From assembly GCA_964445575.1 (NCBI GenBank), contig CAYULB010000003.1, forward strand, positions 12,343 to 76,342: a stretch of DNA of 64,000 bases, in the 5' to 3' direction. Positions 9,330-19,196 of this stretch are shown here, one piece after another. The notes beneath the pieces are model-generated. The model did no database searches. It was not told the DNA's origin and was given only the letters and a program-made list of their open reading frames with translations. Position 1 is the first letter of the stretch. Each line of letters opens with the position of its first letter. Position numbers and translations under genes: made by a program. Origin of the DNA: an uncultured Eubacteriales bacterium. Its GTDB lineage: Bacteria > Acidobacteriota > Aminicenantia > Aminicenantales > Aminicenantaceae.

Positions 9330-12300
9330 ATGAAAAAATCCTATACTTGCATTCTGTTAATATCCTGTGTATTCCTGCTCTCATTTTCATTAAGGGGAGT
9401 GGACACAAATGACACCCGGATGTTAACTCATCCAGCGGTAAGTCAGGAAAAAATTGTTTTTTCTTATGCTAATGACTTATGGATATCAGAACTAAACAGC
9501 AACCATGTCCGCCGGCTTACTTCTCATACAGGAGTTGAATCATACCCAGTCTTTTCTCCTGACGGAAAGTGGATTGCATTCAGTGGGGAATATGACGGAA
9601 ACACAGATGTGTATATCATCTCCAGTCAAGGGGGGATCCCGAAAAGACTGACCTGGCATCCTTATCCAGACACCGTAAGAACATTCACTCCAGATGGAAA
9701 ATATATAGTCTTTTTGTCTTCCCGCTCCTCTTTCACGGGAGCACGCAGCCACCTTTATAAAGTTTCTGTAGAAGGAGGACTCCCGATTCCTGAAAAAATT
9801 CCGTATGCTCATAAGGCATTCTATTCCCCCGACGGCAAAAAAATTGCCTATACTCCCTTTAGGGAAGCCTTTCATCAGTGGAAGCACTACAGAGGAGGGA
9901 CTTTCTCAAGAATATGGATTATGACCTTAAGCGATAATTCCATAGAGAGAATCCCTCAGCCTGAAGGAAGATGCAATGATACCGATCCTATGTGGATAGG
10001 AAGCACTGTTTACTTCAGGTCAGACAGGAACGGAGAATTCAACCTGTTTTCATTTGACACGGAAACAAAACAAATAAAACAACTCACAGATTTTAAGGAT
10101 TTTCCTGTGATTATGGCTTCTTCCGGTCAGGAAAAGATCGTCTTTGAACAAAAAGGGAAACTTCACTTATTTGATATCAAAAGCGGAGATGTGAACGATC
10201 TTTCCATTGGGGTGGCTACAGACCTCTTAGAGTTAAGACCCAGATATGTCAAAGGAAGCCAATACATAAGAAACGCTGATATATCACCCACAGGAGCACG
10301 TGCTGTTTTTGAATTCAGAGGAGAGATAATCACCTTTCCAGCAGAAAAAGGTGATTTCCGTAATCTCACTGAAACACCTGGAACCAATGAGAGGAGCCCC
10401 GTTTGGTCTCCTGATGGAGAAAAAATTGCCTATTTTTCAGATGAAAATGGAGAATACTCCCTTCACATTAAAGAGCCGGGAGTCCGGGGAGTCACCAAAA
10501 AATACTCGGTAAAAGGAGCTGGCTTTTATGACAGGCCTTGCTGGTCTCCCGACAATAAAAAAATCACCTACACAGATAATTCCTGGAGCTTGTACTGGTT
10601 TGATTTAGAAACAGAAAAATCGTATAAAATCGCATCAGAATATCTTTACGGACCTTCAGGCTTGAAAACAATTCGAGGGGTCTGGTCTCCTGATTCAAAA
10701 TGGGTCGCCTACACACTTAACACCAAAGCTTACCTCCAAAAAGTTTATGTGTACTCCATTGAAGAGAACAAATCCTATCCTATCACAGATGGCTTGAGTG
10801 AGGTGAGCGATCCTGTATTTGATCCCAGCGGAAAATATCTTTATTTCTTTGCCTCTACAGACGCAGGTCCTGTCAAACACTGGTTTGCCATGTCCAATGC
10901 AGATATGCGAATGACCAATGCCATCTATTTGGCAGTTCTCCAAAAAAATGTCCCTTCTCCCTTGGCAAAGGAAAGCGATGAAGAAAAAGGCACAGAAAAA
11001 GAACAGCCTGAGAAGGAAAAAGATAAACAAGAAAATGACACAGAATTTAAGATAGATTTCGAAAGACTTAATGAACGGATTTTAAGCATTCCTGTTCCTG
11101 AAGGAAATTATTATTCTCTTCAAACAGGAAGCAGCGGCCAGATCTTTTATCTAGAAGCTCCTCCTGAAAGCAGGGGCCCTTATTCCAGAAAGACAAAGCT
11201 CCATAAATTTGATTTGAATAAACGCAAGGATTCTGTGATCCTATCTGGTGTCAATGGATATCAAATATCATCTGATCATAAAAAACTTCTCTATATTTCA
11301 GGACGTGATTTCGGAATCACCCCTATTTCAGACAGCATAAAGCCGGGAGCCGGGAAGTTAAACACAGAATCCATTGAAGTCCGAATAGACCCATCCAAAG
11401 AATGGGAACAGATTTTCCACGAGGCATGGAGGATCAACCGGGATTATTTTTACGATCCCCATATGCACGGAGTCGATTGGGAAAAGATGAGAGAAAAATA
11501 TTCAGTTTTTTTGCCTCATTTATCCTGCCGCCAGGACCTGAATAGAGTGATTCAGTGGATGTGCAGTGAATTAGGAGTGGGCCATCACAGAGTAGGTGGT
11601 GGAGATACTCTTGCTTCCAGAGACCGAATTCCCGTAGGACTGCTGGGGGCTGATTATTCAATCAAAAACGACCGCTATCAACTTAAAAAAGTCTACGGAG
11701 GCTTGAATTGGAATCCAGAGCTCCGTTCTCCTCTTACTGAACCGGGTGTGGATGCAAAAGAAGGAGAATATCTTTTAGCGGTCAATGGAGAACAAGTAAG
11801 GCCTCCTGAAAATTTATTTAAATTTTTCGAAAACTCTGCAGAACGATTGATAGAGATAACAGTCAGTTCTGATCCCGATGGAAAAAACTCCCGTAATGTG
11901 AATGTAGTTCCTTTGTCCAGTGAATATTCTCTTAGGAATAGAGATTGGGTGGAAAGCAATATTGAGAAAGTGAATAAAGCCACAAATGGAAGAGTAGCTT
12001 ATGTGTATGTTCCCAACACCAGCACCCTAGGTCATACTTATTTCAAAAGATATTTCTTCCCCCAATCTCATAAGGACGCCATTATCGTGGATGAAAGATT
12101 CAACGGAGGGGGATCGGTAGCTGACTACTACATAGACATTTTGAATCGCTCTTATGTGTGCTACTGGAACATGCGGTATGGTGCTGACCTTAAAACCCCC
12201 AGTGCCTCCATTCAAGGTCCCAAAGTCATGCTCATCAATGAATCAGCTGGGTCAGGAGGAGACCTTCTTCCCTGGATGTTCAGAAAGTTCAAACTGGGAA

Positions 12301-12587
12301 AGATTATAGGCACAAGAACGTGGGGAGGGCTGGTCGGAACATTGGGTTTTCCCTCGCTTATGGATGGAGGATATGTCACAGCTCCCAACCTGGCTATCTG
12401 GACTGAAGACGGCTGGATTGTGGAAAACGAAGGAGTTCCCCCGGATATTAACGTCCAGCAAACACCTTCAGAGGTTCTAAAGGGAAACGATCCCCAGCTT
12501 GAAAAAGCCATTCAAGTCATAATGGAAGAACTTGAGAAAAATCCTCTTAAAAAACCTGAAAGGCCTCCCTATAAAAAGATAAAATAA
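9330..12587 (+). CDS. Tricorn protease homolog (PD40 beta-propellers + PDZ + S41 peptidase domain)
   Basis: 1085 aa. Signal peptide. Repeated FSPDGKWIAF/WSPDGEKIAYF PD40 motifs. C-terminal tail-specific-protease (S41) region. Length and architecture match tricorn core protease. Strong RBS. Confidence 0.75.
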   Translation: MKKSYTCILLISCVFLLSFSLRGVDTNDTRMLTHPAVSQEKIVFSYANDLWISELNSNHVRRLTSHTGVESYPVFSPDGKWIAFSGEYDGNTDVYIISSQGGIPKRLTWHPYPDTVRTFTPDGKYIVFLSSRSSFTGARSHLYKVSVEGGLPIPEKIPYAHKAFYSPDGKKIAYTPFREAFHQWKHYRGGTFSRIWIMTLSDNSIERIPQPEGRCNDTDPMWIGSTVYFRSDRNGEFNLFSFDTETKQIKQLTDFKDFPVIMASSGQEKIVFEQKGKLHLFDIKSGDVNDLSIGVATDLLELRPRYVKGSQYIRNADISPTGARAVFEFRGEIITFPAEKGDFRNLTETPGTNERSPVWSPDGEKIAYFSDENGEYSLHIKEPGVRGVTKKYSVKGAGFYDRPCWSPDNKKITYTDNSWSLYWFDLETEKSYKIASEYLYGPSGLKTIRGVWSPDSKWVAYTLNTKAYLQKVYVYSIEENKSYPITDGLSEVSDPVFDPSGKYLYFFASTDAGPVKHWFAMSNADMRMTNAIYLAVLQKNVPSPLAKESDEEKGTEKEQPEKEKDKQENDTEFKIDFERLNERILSIPVPEGNYYSLQTGSSGQIFYLEAPPESRGPYSRKTKLHKFDLNKRKDSVILSGVNGYQISSDHKKLLYISGRDFGITPISDSIKPGAGKLNTESIEVRIDPSKEWEQIFHEAWRINRDYFYDPHMHGVDWEKMREKYSVFLPHLSCRQDLNRVIQWMCSELGVGHHRVGGGDTLASRDRIPVGLLGADYSIKNDRYQLKKVYGGLNWNPELRSPLTEPGVDAKEGEYLLAVNGEQVRPPENLFKFFENSAERLIEITVSSDPDGKNSRNVNVVPLSSEYSLRNRDWVESNIEKVNKATNGRVAYVYVPNTSTLGHTYFKRYFFPQSHKDAIIVDERFNGGGSVADYYIDILNRSYVCYWNMRYGADLKTPSASIQGPKVMLINESAGSGGDLLPWMFRKFKLGKIIGTRTWGGLVGTLGFPSLMDGGYVTAPNLAIWTEDGWIVENEGVPPDINVQQTPSEVLKGNDPQLEKAIQVIMEELEKNPLKKPERPPYKKIK

Positions 12588-12673
12588 AGAAGACCGGCGT
12601 TAAAAATCTGAAGGGAGCACAAGCCACACTCCTTAACTCCCCATAAAATTCAGCCACACCTGAATTTCATATC

Positions 12674-12697
12674 GGCTCACTTGAGCCTTTTGTTTTT
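12674..12697 (+). terminator. Rho-independent terminator candidate downstream of tricorn gene
   Basis: GGCTCacttGAGCC hairpin followed by TTTTGTTTTT, lying between convergent genes. Confidence 0.45.
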
Positions 12698-12713
12698 AAA
12701 CAGGCCGGAAGAA

Positions 12714-13838
12714 TTATTTAAGGCTCTCTTTGCTTTTAAAAGAGCGGTTGATGGAAAATTCACTGAAATCAACATCCCATTTGTCATGAACCATATAATG
12801 AGCCAGATGCTTGCACAAACCTGGACCAAACATAAATCCATGTCCGGACATACCTGATGCCACATATAAATTTTCCCTTGAAGTCTGGTCTACTATAGGA
12901 TTTGCATCCGGAGTCATGGTGTAGCATCCTGCCCAATGTCTCAGGATAGCTGCATTTTTCAACTTAGGCACCAAACGGACCATTCGATTTGCCATCTCTA
13001 ATAAAAATTCTAAAGAACTATCATGCCGGATACCCGGCACATTGGGATCTGGAGTATAACAACCTATGATCTGTCCTGTTAAAAGCTGCTGAAAATAGCA
13101 GCCGTCTTTCCTGTAATCCACCAGCATGGGGCCGATAAGCTTTGGGATTCTCTCTGTGATTATAGCTTCATGTCTTTCAGGATAAAGAGGTAAACTTAAT
13201 CCAAGTTCTTCCCCAAGTTTCCCGGTCCATGGACCAGCACTCAGGAGGACTTTGTTTGCTTCAATACATGTTCCGTCCTTTAGAGTCAGAATAAAATTTT
13301 TCTCTTCTCGGATTTCAACTAAGGGATTATAAAGATAAAAATCCCCTTTTTTCTCATCGATCTTTTTTTTATATCCCTTAAGAACAAAAAAGGGATAGGC
13401 CTGCGCATCATCCGGGCAATAGGCCGCCCCCAAAAGACCATCCGTGTTCAGCTCTGGCACAATGGTAAGAGCCTCCTCTGCACTGAGCAGTGAAACATTG
13501 ACTCCTTCTCTTTTCTGAATTTCAATATTGGATTCAAATGTCTTTAAAAGGTCTTGACTGTGGGCCATAAGAAGATAACCGCTCTTTGAAAATTCCACTG
13601 AAAATCCGAATTCATCCTCCATCTGAGAAAAAAGAGAGAGACTCTCTTTCATAACTCCAATAGAAGTGGGAGTGGAAAACTGCTGACGTATTCCTGAAAG
13701 GCATCGTCCTGTAGAACCGGAACCTATGTATTTCTTATCAATAACCGCTGTTTTAGCTCCTGTACTGCAGAGATAATAAGCGGTGGCCATTCCGATAATC
13801 CCAGCGCCAATGATTGCAAAGTCGTAATTCTTTCTCAT
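12714..13838 (-). CDS. FAD-dependent oxidoreductase, DadA/glycine-oxidase/SoxB (HcnC-like) family
   Basis: N-terminal DFAIIGAGIIGMATAYYL dinucleotide-binding motif. 374 aa, DAO-family length. Confidence 0.8.
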   Translation of the reverse strand: MRKNYDFAIIGAGIIGMATAYYLCSTGAKTAVIDKKYIGSGSTGRCLSGIRQQFSTPTSIGVMKESLSLFSQMEDEFGFSVEFSKSGYLLMAHSQDLLKTFESNIEIQKREGVNVSLLSAEEALTIVPELNTDGLLGAAYCPDDAQAYPFFVLKGYKKKIDEKKGDFYLYNPLVEIREEKNFILTLKDGTCIEANKVLLSAGPWTGKLGEELGLSLPLYPERHEAIITERIPKLIGPMLVDYRKDGCYFQQLLTGQIIGCYTPDPNVPGIRHDSSLEFLLEMANRMVRLVPKLKNAAILRHWAGCYTMTPDANPIVDQTSRENLYVASGMSGHGFMFGPGLCKHLAHYMVHDKWDVDFSEFSINRSFKSKESLK

Positions 13839-13972
13839 TTTTTTTGAAAATCAGAGTGATATTTTTTATCACAGGAACTTGATTAAGTCAAACACATCCA
13901 CCTGTAACTTGACAATCGCTATACCAAAATATAGTCTAATGATTCAAAAATTCATACACAGAAACTGAAAAA

Positions 13973-14257
13973 ATGGAAAACCTAAGGATAGACTCGATTG
14001 CAAGAAAACAAAAAATCAAGATATTGGTAAACGGTAAAGAAACCCCGGCCTATGAAGGCGAGACTGTGCTCGCAGCTCTCCTTGCAGCAGGATATAAAAA
14101 ATTGAAGAAAAATCCAGTAAGCCAAAAGCCCAGAGGCGCCCTCTGCGGTATGGGGGTCTGTTTTGAATGCACAGTTACCATAAATGGAGTTTCTAATATA
14201 AGGGCATGCATGACCGAAGTTCAAGAAGGAATGAAAATAAAGATACAGGATGATTAA
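13973..14257 (+). CDS. Small (2Fe-2S)-binding subunit (HcnA/OoxB/SoxA-N-like)
   Basis: 94 aa with CGMGVCFECTV...IRAC cysteine pattern. Overlaps the downstream gene by 8 nt. Confidence 0.7.
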   Translation: MENLRIDSIARKQKIKILVNGKETPAYEGETVLAALLAAGYKKLKKNPVSQKPRGALCGMGVCFECTVTINGVSNIRACMTEVQEGMKIKIQDD

Positions 14258-15662
14258 AGAAAACAAAAAATACAACATCATTATTGTTGGAAGCGGCTTT
14301 TCTGGTATTACTGCAGCAGAGATTTTAGCTGATCACGGTTTAAGCATCCTTTTGATTGATGAAAACATACACTTGGGAGGACAACTTCTCAGAAAAATCC
14401 CTGAAAGTCTGGGAGAACCCCTTTCAAGCGGAACAGAAAAAATAAAGAAAATAGGGTTTAGCTTTATAGAAAAAGTTAAGAACAAAAAAATAACCCTGAT
14501 GAACAAGACGGTTCTCTTAGGGGTCTATAATGACAACAGAATTCTCATAGAATACAACAGAGAAAAAACATACATCCTTGAGTATGATTTCCTTGTTTTA
14601 GCCACAGGAGCAAGAGAAAGATTTCTCCCCTTTAAAGGATGGACCCTTCCCGGGGTTTATTCCACTGGCATGCTCCAGGTCCTGATAAAAAGCTCGGGTA
14701 TACTGCCGGCAAAAAAAGCATTGATGGCCGGCTCTGGATTATTTCTTTTTGCCGCTGCTTATGAATTCCTTAAAAATGGGGGAAAACTGCTGGGAATCAT
14801 GGAACTTTCATCTTTCTGGAATAAAATTAAGTTTTTACCCCAAGTGTTCCACCAATATCCAAAATTCATCGAAGGGGGAAAATACCTGTCAAAAATATAT
14901 GGTTCCAGAATACCGATCAAATACCAAAGGCAGGTCATTGAAGCAAGAGGTGAAAACAGCCTGGAAGAAGTTGTCGTGGGAAAAGTAAATAAGCAAGGGG
15001 AATTTATAAAGGGATTTGAGAAAACATACCAGACAGAGTCTTTAGTGGTGGGATTCGGGTTTGTTCCCAACATAGAAGCGGCTCAACTGGCTGGATGTCA
15101 GCTGGAGTATGCCCAGGAGAAGGGCGGATGGACTGCTGTGGTCAACGACCACATGGAAACGAGTATTCAGAATATTCTGGCAGCAGGGGAAATCACGGGA
15201 ATTGGCGGAGCTCACAAATCTATGAATGAAGGCAAGATCGCTGCCAGCACCATACTCAAAAAGCTCAGCATCCAAGATAAGAAAACTCTCGATCCCTACT
15301 TCAAAAAGTTAACAAGAGAGAGAAAACATCATCTAAAATTTATGAAGTGTTTTAACTCGCTCTATAAAATCAAACCAAAAACAATCCTCGGGATCCCAGA
15401 TGATACCATCATATGCCGCTGTGAAAACATTGATATGAAAAGCTTAAAAAGTTCTATCCAATTAGGATGCCGCAACCCGAACGGCCTTAAATTATCCACC
15501 CGGTGCACTATGGGACAGTGTCAGGGACGGACCTGCGCTCCTGTCATCTATGATATCCTTCAAACGCTGTGTGGTAAAAACCCGGAGAAAACAGGACTTT
15601 TTTCGGTGCGCCCCCCCTTTAAACCAGTCTCGATCCAGGCGTTAAAAGACTCTCAAGTCTAA
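14250..15662 (+). CDS. FAD/NAD(P)-binding pyridine-nucleotide-disulfide-type oxidoreductase with BFD-like [2Fe-2S] domain (HcnB/opine oxidase subunit A-like)
   Basis: Two Rossmann motifs (IIIVGSGFSGITAAE; ALMAGSGLFLFAAA). CRCENID...CTMGQCQGRTC BFD-like cluster motif. Confidence 0.75.
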   Translation: MIKENKKYNIIIVGSGFSGITAAEILADHGLSILLIDENIHLGGQLLRKIPESLGEPLSSGTEKIKKIGFSFIEKVKNKKITLMNKTVLLGVYNDNRILIEYNREKTYILEYDFLVLATGARERFLPFKGWTLPGVYSTGMLQVLIKSSGILPAKKALMAGSGLFLFAAAYEFLKNGGKLLGIMELSSFWNKIKFLPQVFHQYPKFIEGGKYLSKIYGSRIPIKYQRQVIEARGENSLEEVVVGKVNKQGEFIKGFEKTYQTESLVVGFGFVPNIEAAQLAGCQLEYAQEKGGWTAVVNDHMETSIQNILAAGEITGIGGAHKSMNEGKIAASTILKKLSIQDKKTLDPYFKKLTRERKHHLKFMKCFNSLYKIKPKTILGIPDDTIICRCENIDMKSLKSSIQLGCRNPNGLKLSTRCTMGQCQGRTCAPVIYDILQTLCGKNPEKTGLFSVRPPFKPVSIQALKDSQV

Positions 15663-15707
15663 GCTTCTTCAAAGTTTTATTGTTTCTATCTTACTTTAAG
15701 AATTTTT

Positions 15708-16664
15708 TCATGTCAGAATCTTCACCAGTTCAATAAATTCAGCAAAGTCTTCCTTTTTATACTCAATGGCTTTTTCTAAAGGATACACCATAGGCCCATC
15801 ATTGACCCATCCCACTGCATGATGAGTTTTCCCATTGAGAAGAGCATCCACTGCTGTTTTTCCCATCCTGGCTCCTAATATCCGGTCAAAGGCACTGGGC
15901 CTTCCTCCTCTTTGGATATGACCGATAACCGTAACCCTTACATCATCAATATACCTCCTTAACTCATTAGCCAGGGTGAGTGTTTTGCCGGATCCTTCTC
16001 CAACCACAATGATCCAGCTCTTTTTTCCAGATTTTCTTCCCTTCTTAACCTTATCCAGAATGTCTTCTATATCCTGTTCTATTTCTGGAATAATGAGGTC
16101 TTCAGCTCCCCCTGCTAAAGCAGAGTGAACCGCAATGGCACCTGATTTTCGCCCCATCACTTCAATCAGAAAAATCCGATCCATGCTGTACGCGGTGTCT
16201 CTGATCTTATCAATGGCATCCAAGGCCGTATTAAGGGCTGTATCAAAGCCAAGGGTTTCTTGAGTGCCTGCAATGTCGTTATCAATAGTAGCCGGAATTC
16301 CAGCTACAGGAAAATCAAACTCATTGTGAAAAACCAACGCTCCCCGGTAAGACCCATTTCCGCCTATCACAATATACCCGTCTATTCTGTTTTGGACCAT
16401 ATTTTCATATGCTTTTTCCCGTCCCTCTTTTTTAAAAAATTCCTCGGACCTGGCTGTTTTGAGAAATGTTCCTCCGAGATTAATGATACCGCTGACATCT
16501 CTTCTGTTTAAATTACAAAATTTTTTGTCTATTAGTCCCTGATATCCATGAATCACTCCCATCACAGAAACACCACAGGACAAAGCATATCTCACCACAC
16601 TTCTAATAGCACTGTTCATCCCTGGGGAGTCCCCACCCGAAGTTAGAATAGCAATTTTATTCAT
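15708..16664 (-). CDS. pfkA: ATP-dependent 6-phosphofructokinase
   Basis: MNKIAILTSGGDSPGMNSAIRSVV and GGDGS, MGR motifs. ORF track starts 7 codons earlier (16685). AGGA RBS favours the MNKIAIL start. Confidence 0.9.
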   Translation of the reverse strand: MNKIAILTSGGDSPGMNSAIRSVVRYALSCGVSVMGVIHGYQGLIDKKFCNLNRRDVSGIINLGGTFLKTARSEEFFKKEGREKAYENMVQNRIDGYIVIGGNGSYRGALVFHNEFDFPVAGIPATIDNDIAGTQETLGFDTALNTALDAIDKIRDTAYSMDRIFLIEVMGRKSGAIAVHSALAGGAEDLIIPEIEQDIEDILDKVKKGRKSGKKSWIIVVGEGSGKTLTLANELRRYIDDVRVTVIGHIQRGGRPSAFDRILGARMGKTAVDALLNGKTHHAVGWVNDGPMVYPLEKAIEYKKEDFAEFIELVKILT

Positions 16665-16713
16665 TTTCATAAGTCCTGATATCAAATTATGGGACCAGAG
16701 TCAATCAAATATT

Positions 16714-18210
16714 TTATTTGGATTGAAATAAAAGCTCATACACAACAGGGAAGCTGTTTTTCAGTTTAACCACAATATCCCCGGATAAATATTCTTTTTT
16801 TAAGGGAACTCTTTTTACATAAAGGCGAGATTCATTAATGAAGCGGCCGTATTTATAATCATCCAGGAACTCTCCCCTCGAATTGATTGAACTGTTTTCC
16901 AACAAAGGATTGGGGATTGATATGAAAAATTGCGTTTCCTGGTTCTTATTCTGGCCGAAAAGGTCATTTCTCTTCAAATAGAGATAAAGGCTGATCGCTT
17001 GTTCCTCTGCTGGGTCAATAATGACGATATTTTCCGGAATAAACTTTCGGTATTTTTCATTGATTGTCCTGAGATAAAGAAAATGATCCCTGAACTCTTC
17101 TTTAAACAAAGCGTAGTGGGTGCATCCGAGTATTATTGAATGGATCTTTTCACCTTCCGCAGTCTCCACTGCTTTTGATACAAAAGTGGTTACATAATAT
17201 CTGATGTAATTCTTTATGGAATTGATCTCAATTTCCTTTATATTCCCATGGACATCGGTTTCTGTTAAAAGCGCTCCTTTGTCTTCAAAATTGTATTCCT
17301 CCCAAAGAGCCAGATCTATGGGATATTTATCATGATCCAAGCTAGGGCCTAGATAGCTTCCTGACCCTCTGAATTGAACAGCATCTTTTGAAATGTAGGC
17401 TGGGTCTCCGTCAACAGCCCCTGCCAATCCAAAACAAGGCTGTTGAATAACTTCAGCTTCTGCTCTTTTGTTTTCTGTGAAATATTTCTCCAATGCTCTG
17501 ATATATCCTTTAGAATCACAGGTTCCTTCTGTTGCGAAAACACCAATGAATCCCTTTTCATGGGGACCATACAATTTAAAAGCCTTGTGCGCCCCTGCAT
17601 CTATAATCCCAAAAGTTTTTATTTCAACTCCCCAGTCTTTTATGACCTTTTCTATCATCTCATATCCATAGGCTGATGCGGTATTGCAGGCTATAGCAAT
17701 AACCTTGACCGGATCTTTTTTGCCTTTAGGGAATGAGTCTGTTGGTGAAAGATAATACGTATTTCTCATTAAAAACTGAACGTCTTTGATTATCAGTTCT
17801 TTTAAAAAATCAGTCTTCCCTTCAGAAGGATATCTGCCGTAAGGCATATTTGCCTTATCTCCAAGATAGACAAATTTCTCAGAAACAAAGTCTGGAATCC
17901 CATCGCTTCCCATCTCCCGCGTTGAGTTGTCGAACAGATCCATTTCGAGAATGGCATTCAGAACAGTCAAGCCGCCCGTTCCTGAATCAAAAACTCCTAT
18001 GGGTAAAGATTCCAATGAAGAGGGATAATTATTGAAATCAATATAAAAAGGAGTTTTCTTGTCTGATTTTATTTCATGGATTAAACTAAATTTCTCTAAA
18101 TCCAGCCCTACTTCCTTGTAATCCCTATCAATTTGAGAAGAACAGAAAGAAAACAAAATGACAGACAAAAAGAATAGGAAAACCCCGTGTCCTGTTTTAG
18201 CCTTTACCAC
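16714..18210 (-). CDS. Asp/Glu-racemase superfamily protein (glutamate racemase-like) with signal peptide, internal insertions and C-terminal extension
   Basis: VFDSGTGGLTV, FVYLGDKANMPYG, IACNTAS and ILGCTHY motifs (both catalytic Cys conserved). 498 aa versus ~270 for MurI. Hydrophobic N-terminus MVKAKTGHGVFLFFLSVILFSFC. Confidence 0.6.
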   Translation of the reverse strand: MVKAKTGHGVFLFFLSVILFSFCSSQIDRDYKEVGLDLEKFSLIHEIKSDKKTPFYIDFNNYPSSLESLPIGVFDSGTGGLTVLNAILEMDLFDNSTREMGSDGIPDFVSEKFVYLGDKANMPYGRYPSEGKTDFLKELIIKDVQFLMRNTYYLSPTDSFPKGKKDPVKVIAIACNTASAYGYEMIEKVIKDWGVEIKTFGIIDAGAHKAFKLYGPHEKGFIGVFATEGTCDSKGYIRALEKYFTENKRAEAEVIQQPCFGLAGAVDGDPAYISKDAVQFRGSGSYLGPSLDHDKYPIDLALWEEYNFEDKGALLTETDVHGNIKEIEINSIKNYIRYYVTTFVSKAVETAEGEKIHSIILGCTHYALFKEEFRDHFLYLRTINEKYRKFIPENIVIIDPAEEQAISLYLYLKRNDLFGQNKNQETQFFISIPNPLLENSSINSRGEFLDDYKYGRFINESRLYVKRVPLKKEYLSGDIVVKLKNSFPVVYELLFQSK

Positions 18211-18435
18211 TGTTTATTTTTCACTTTCAATCAGTTTTTTGATAACTTCAACTGCTCTTTCAAAATGTCTTCCAGCTTGAATTTAACTTCAACAGGTTTC
18301 TGGTCTTTTTTCTTGCTGGCTTCCGCCTCATTGCTTTCTCCTCTCTTGAATTTTATGAATAATCCGGGTTGAACATAAAAACCTCACAGATATTGACGAA
18401 CTTCACAGCCTCATTCAGAACCGTAAAATTCTGAT

Positions 18436-18651
18436 TTATTCTTTAGGTAAGACTTTGGTTACATTTTTTGCAACAAGTCCTCGTTCATTCTCTTCAATAT
18501 CAAAACTGACTTCATCTCCTTCTGCCAGTGTTTTAAAACCGGGCATCTCAATAGAAGTATAATGAACAAAGATGTCCTTTTCCTGTCCTTCCTGTTCTAT
18601 AAATCCATATCCCCTCTCATCACTAAACCATTTGACAATTCCTTTAGCCAA
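18436..18651 (-). CDS. cspA: Cold-shock protein (CspA family)
   Basis: MAKGIVKWFSDERGYGFI...VHY, full CSD. Long upstream untranslated region typical of csp genes. Confidence 0.92.
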   Translation of the reverse strand: MAKGIVKWFSDERGYGFIEQEGQEKDIFVHYTSIEMPGFKTLAEGDEVSFDIEENERGLVAKNVTKVLPKE

Positions 18652-18980
18652 CGTATTAACCTCCTTAACAATTTAAATATTGAGTCCTAAATCCGGCCCC
18701 TCCCAAACCAGAATGATTTCGAGAGACTCTGAGAAATTTGCTGCTTGTGTTTGTAGTGAATAAAAAAATAAACATCCGAACAAATCAATCCTGGGTTTTT
18801 AATTCCATGGCGAAACTTACTTTTTTGGCGGGACTTCTTTCATTTAAAACTCAAAAAACTTAACTTTGATAAGTCTTATAGCACAGGTTAATTCAATTGT
18901 CAAAATCTTTTTCCCCTGATGTCAACTCAATTTCCTCTCAAGAACTCTTTAATTTTTAAAACAAAGAAATATATTATACA

Positions 18981-19178
18981 ATGATTTCTTGGATGAGAAA
19001 AATCAAAACACTTTATCTGGTTTGCAATGCCCACCTTGACCCGGTTTGGCTCTGGGAATGGGAAGAGGGGGTCGCCCAGACTCTTTCTACTTTCCGCACG
19101 GCCGCTGAACTGTGCAAAGAATTTGACGGCTTTATTTTTAATCACAATGAAGCCCTTCTTTCCGGCAAAGATTCGTGA
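18981..19178 (+). pseudogene. N-terminal stub of a glycoside hydrolase (GH38 alpha-mannosidase-like H.D..W.W..EE motif)
   Basis: YLVCNAHLDPVWLWEWEEGVAQT...FIFNHNEA resembles the GH38 N-terminal H-x-H-x-D-x-x-W-x-W-x-x-E-E signature (first His replaced by Asn). Only ~65 codons then stop. Confidence 0.3.
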
Positions 19179-19196
19179 TGCTCTGCTCTCCCCTGA

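Noticed and set aside
18250-18400. ~45-codon minus-strand open frame (…KFKRGESNEAEASKKKDQKPVEVKFKLEDILKEQLKLSKN*) between cspA and the racemase-like gene
   Set aside because: It has no in-frame ATG/GTG with an RBS and no recognisable homology. It was treated as non-coding leader.
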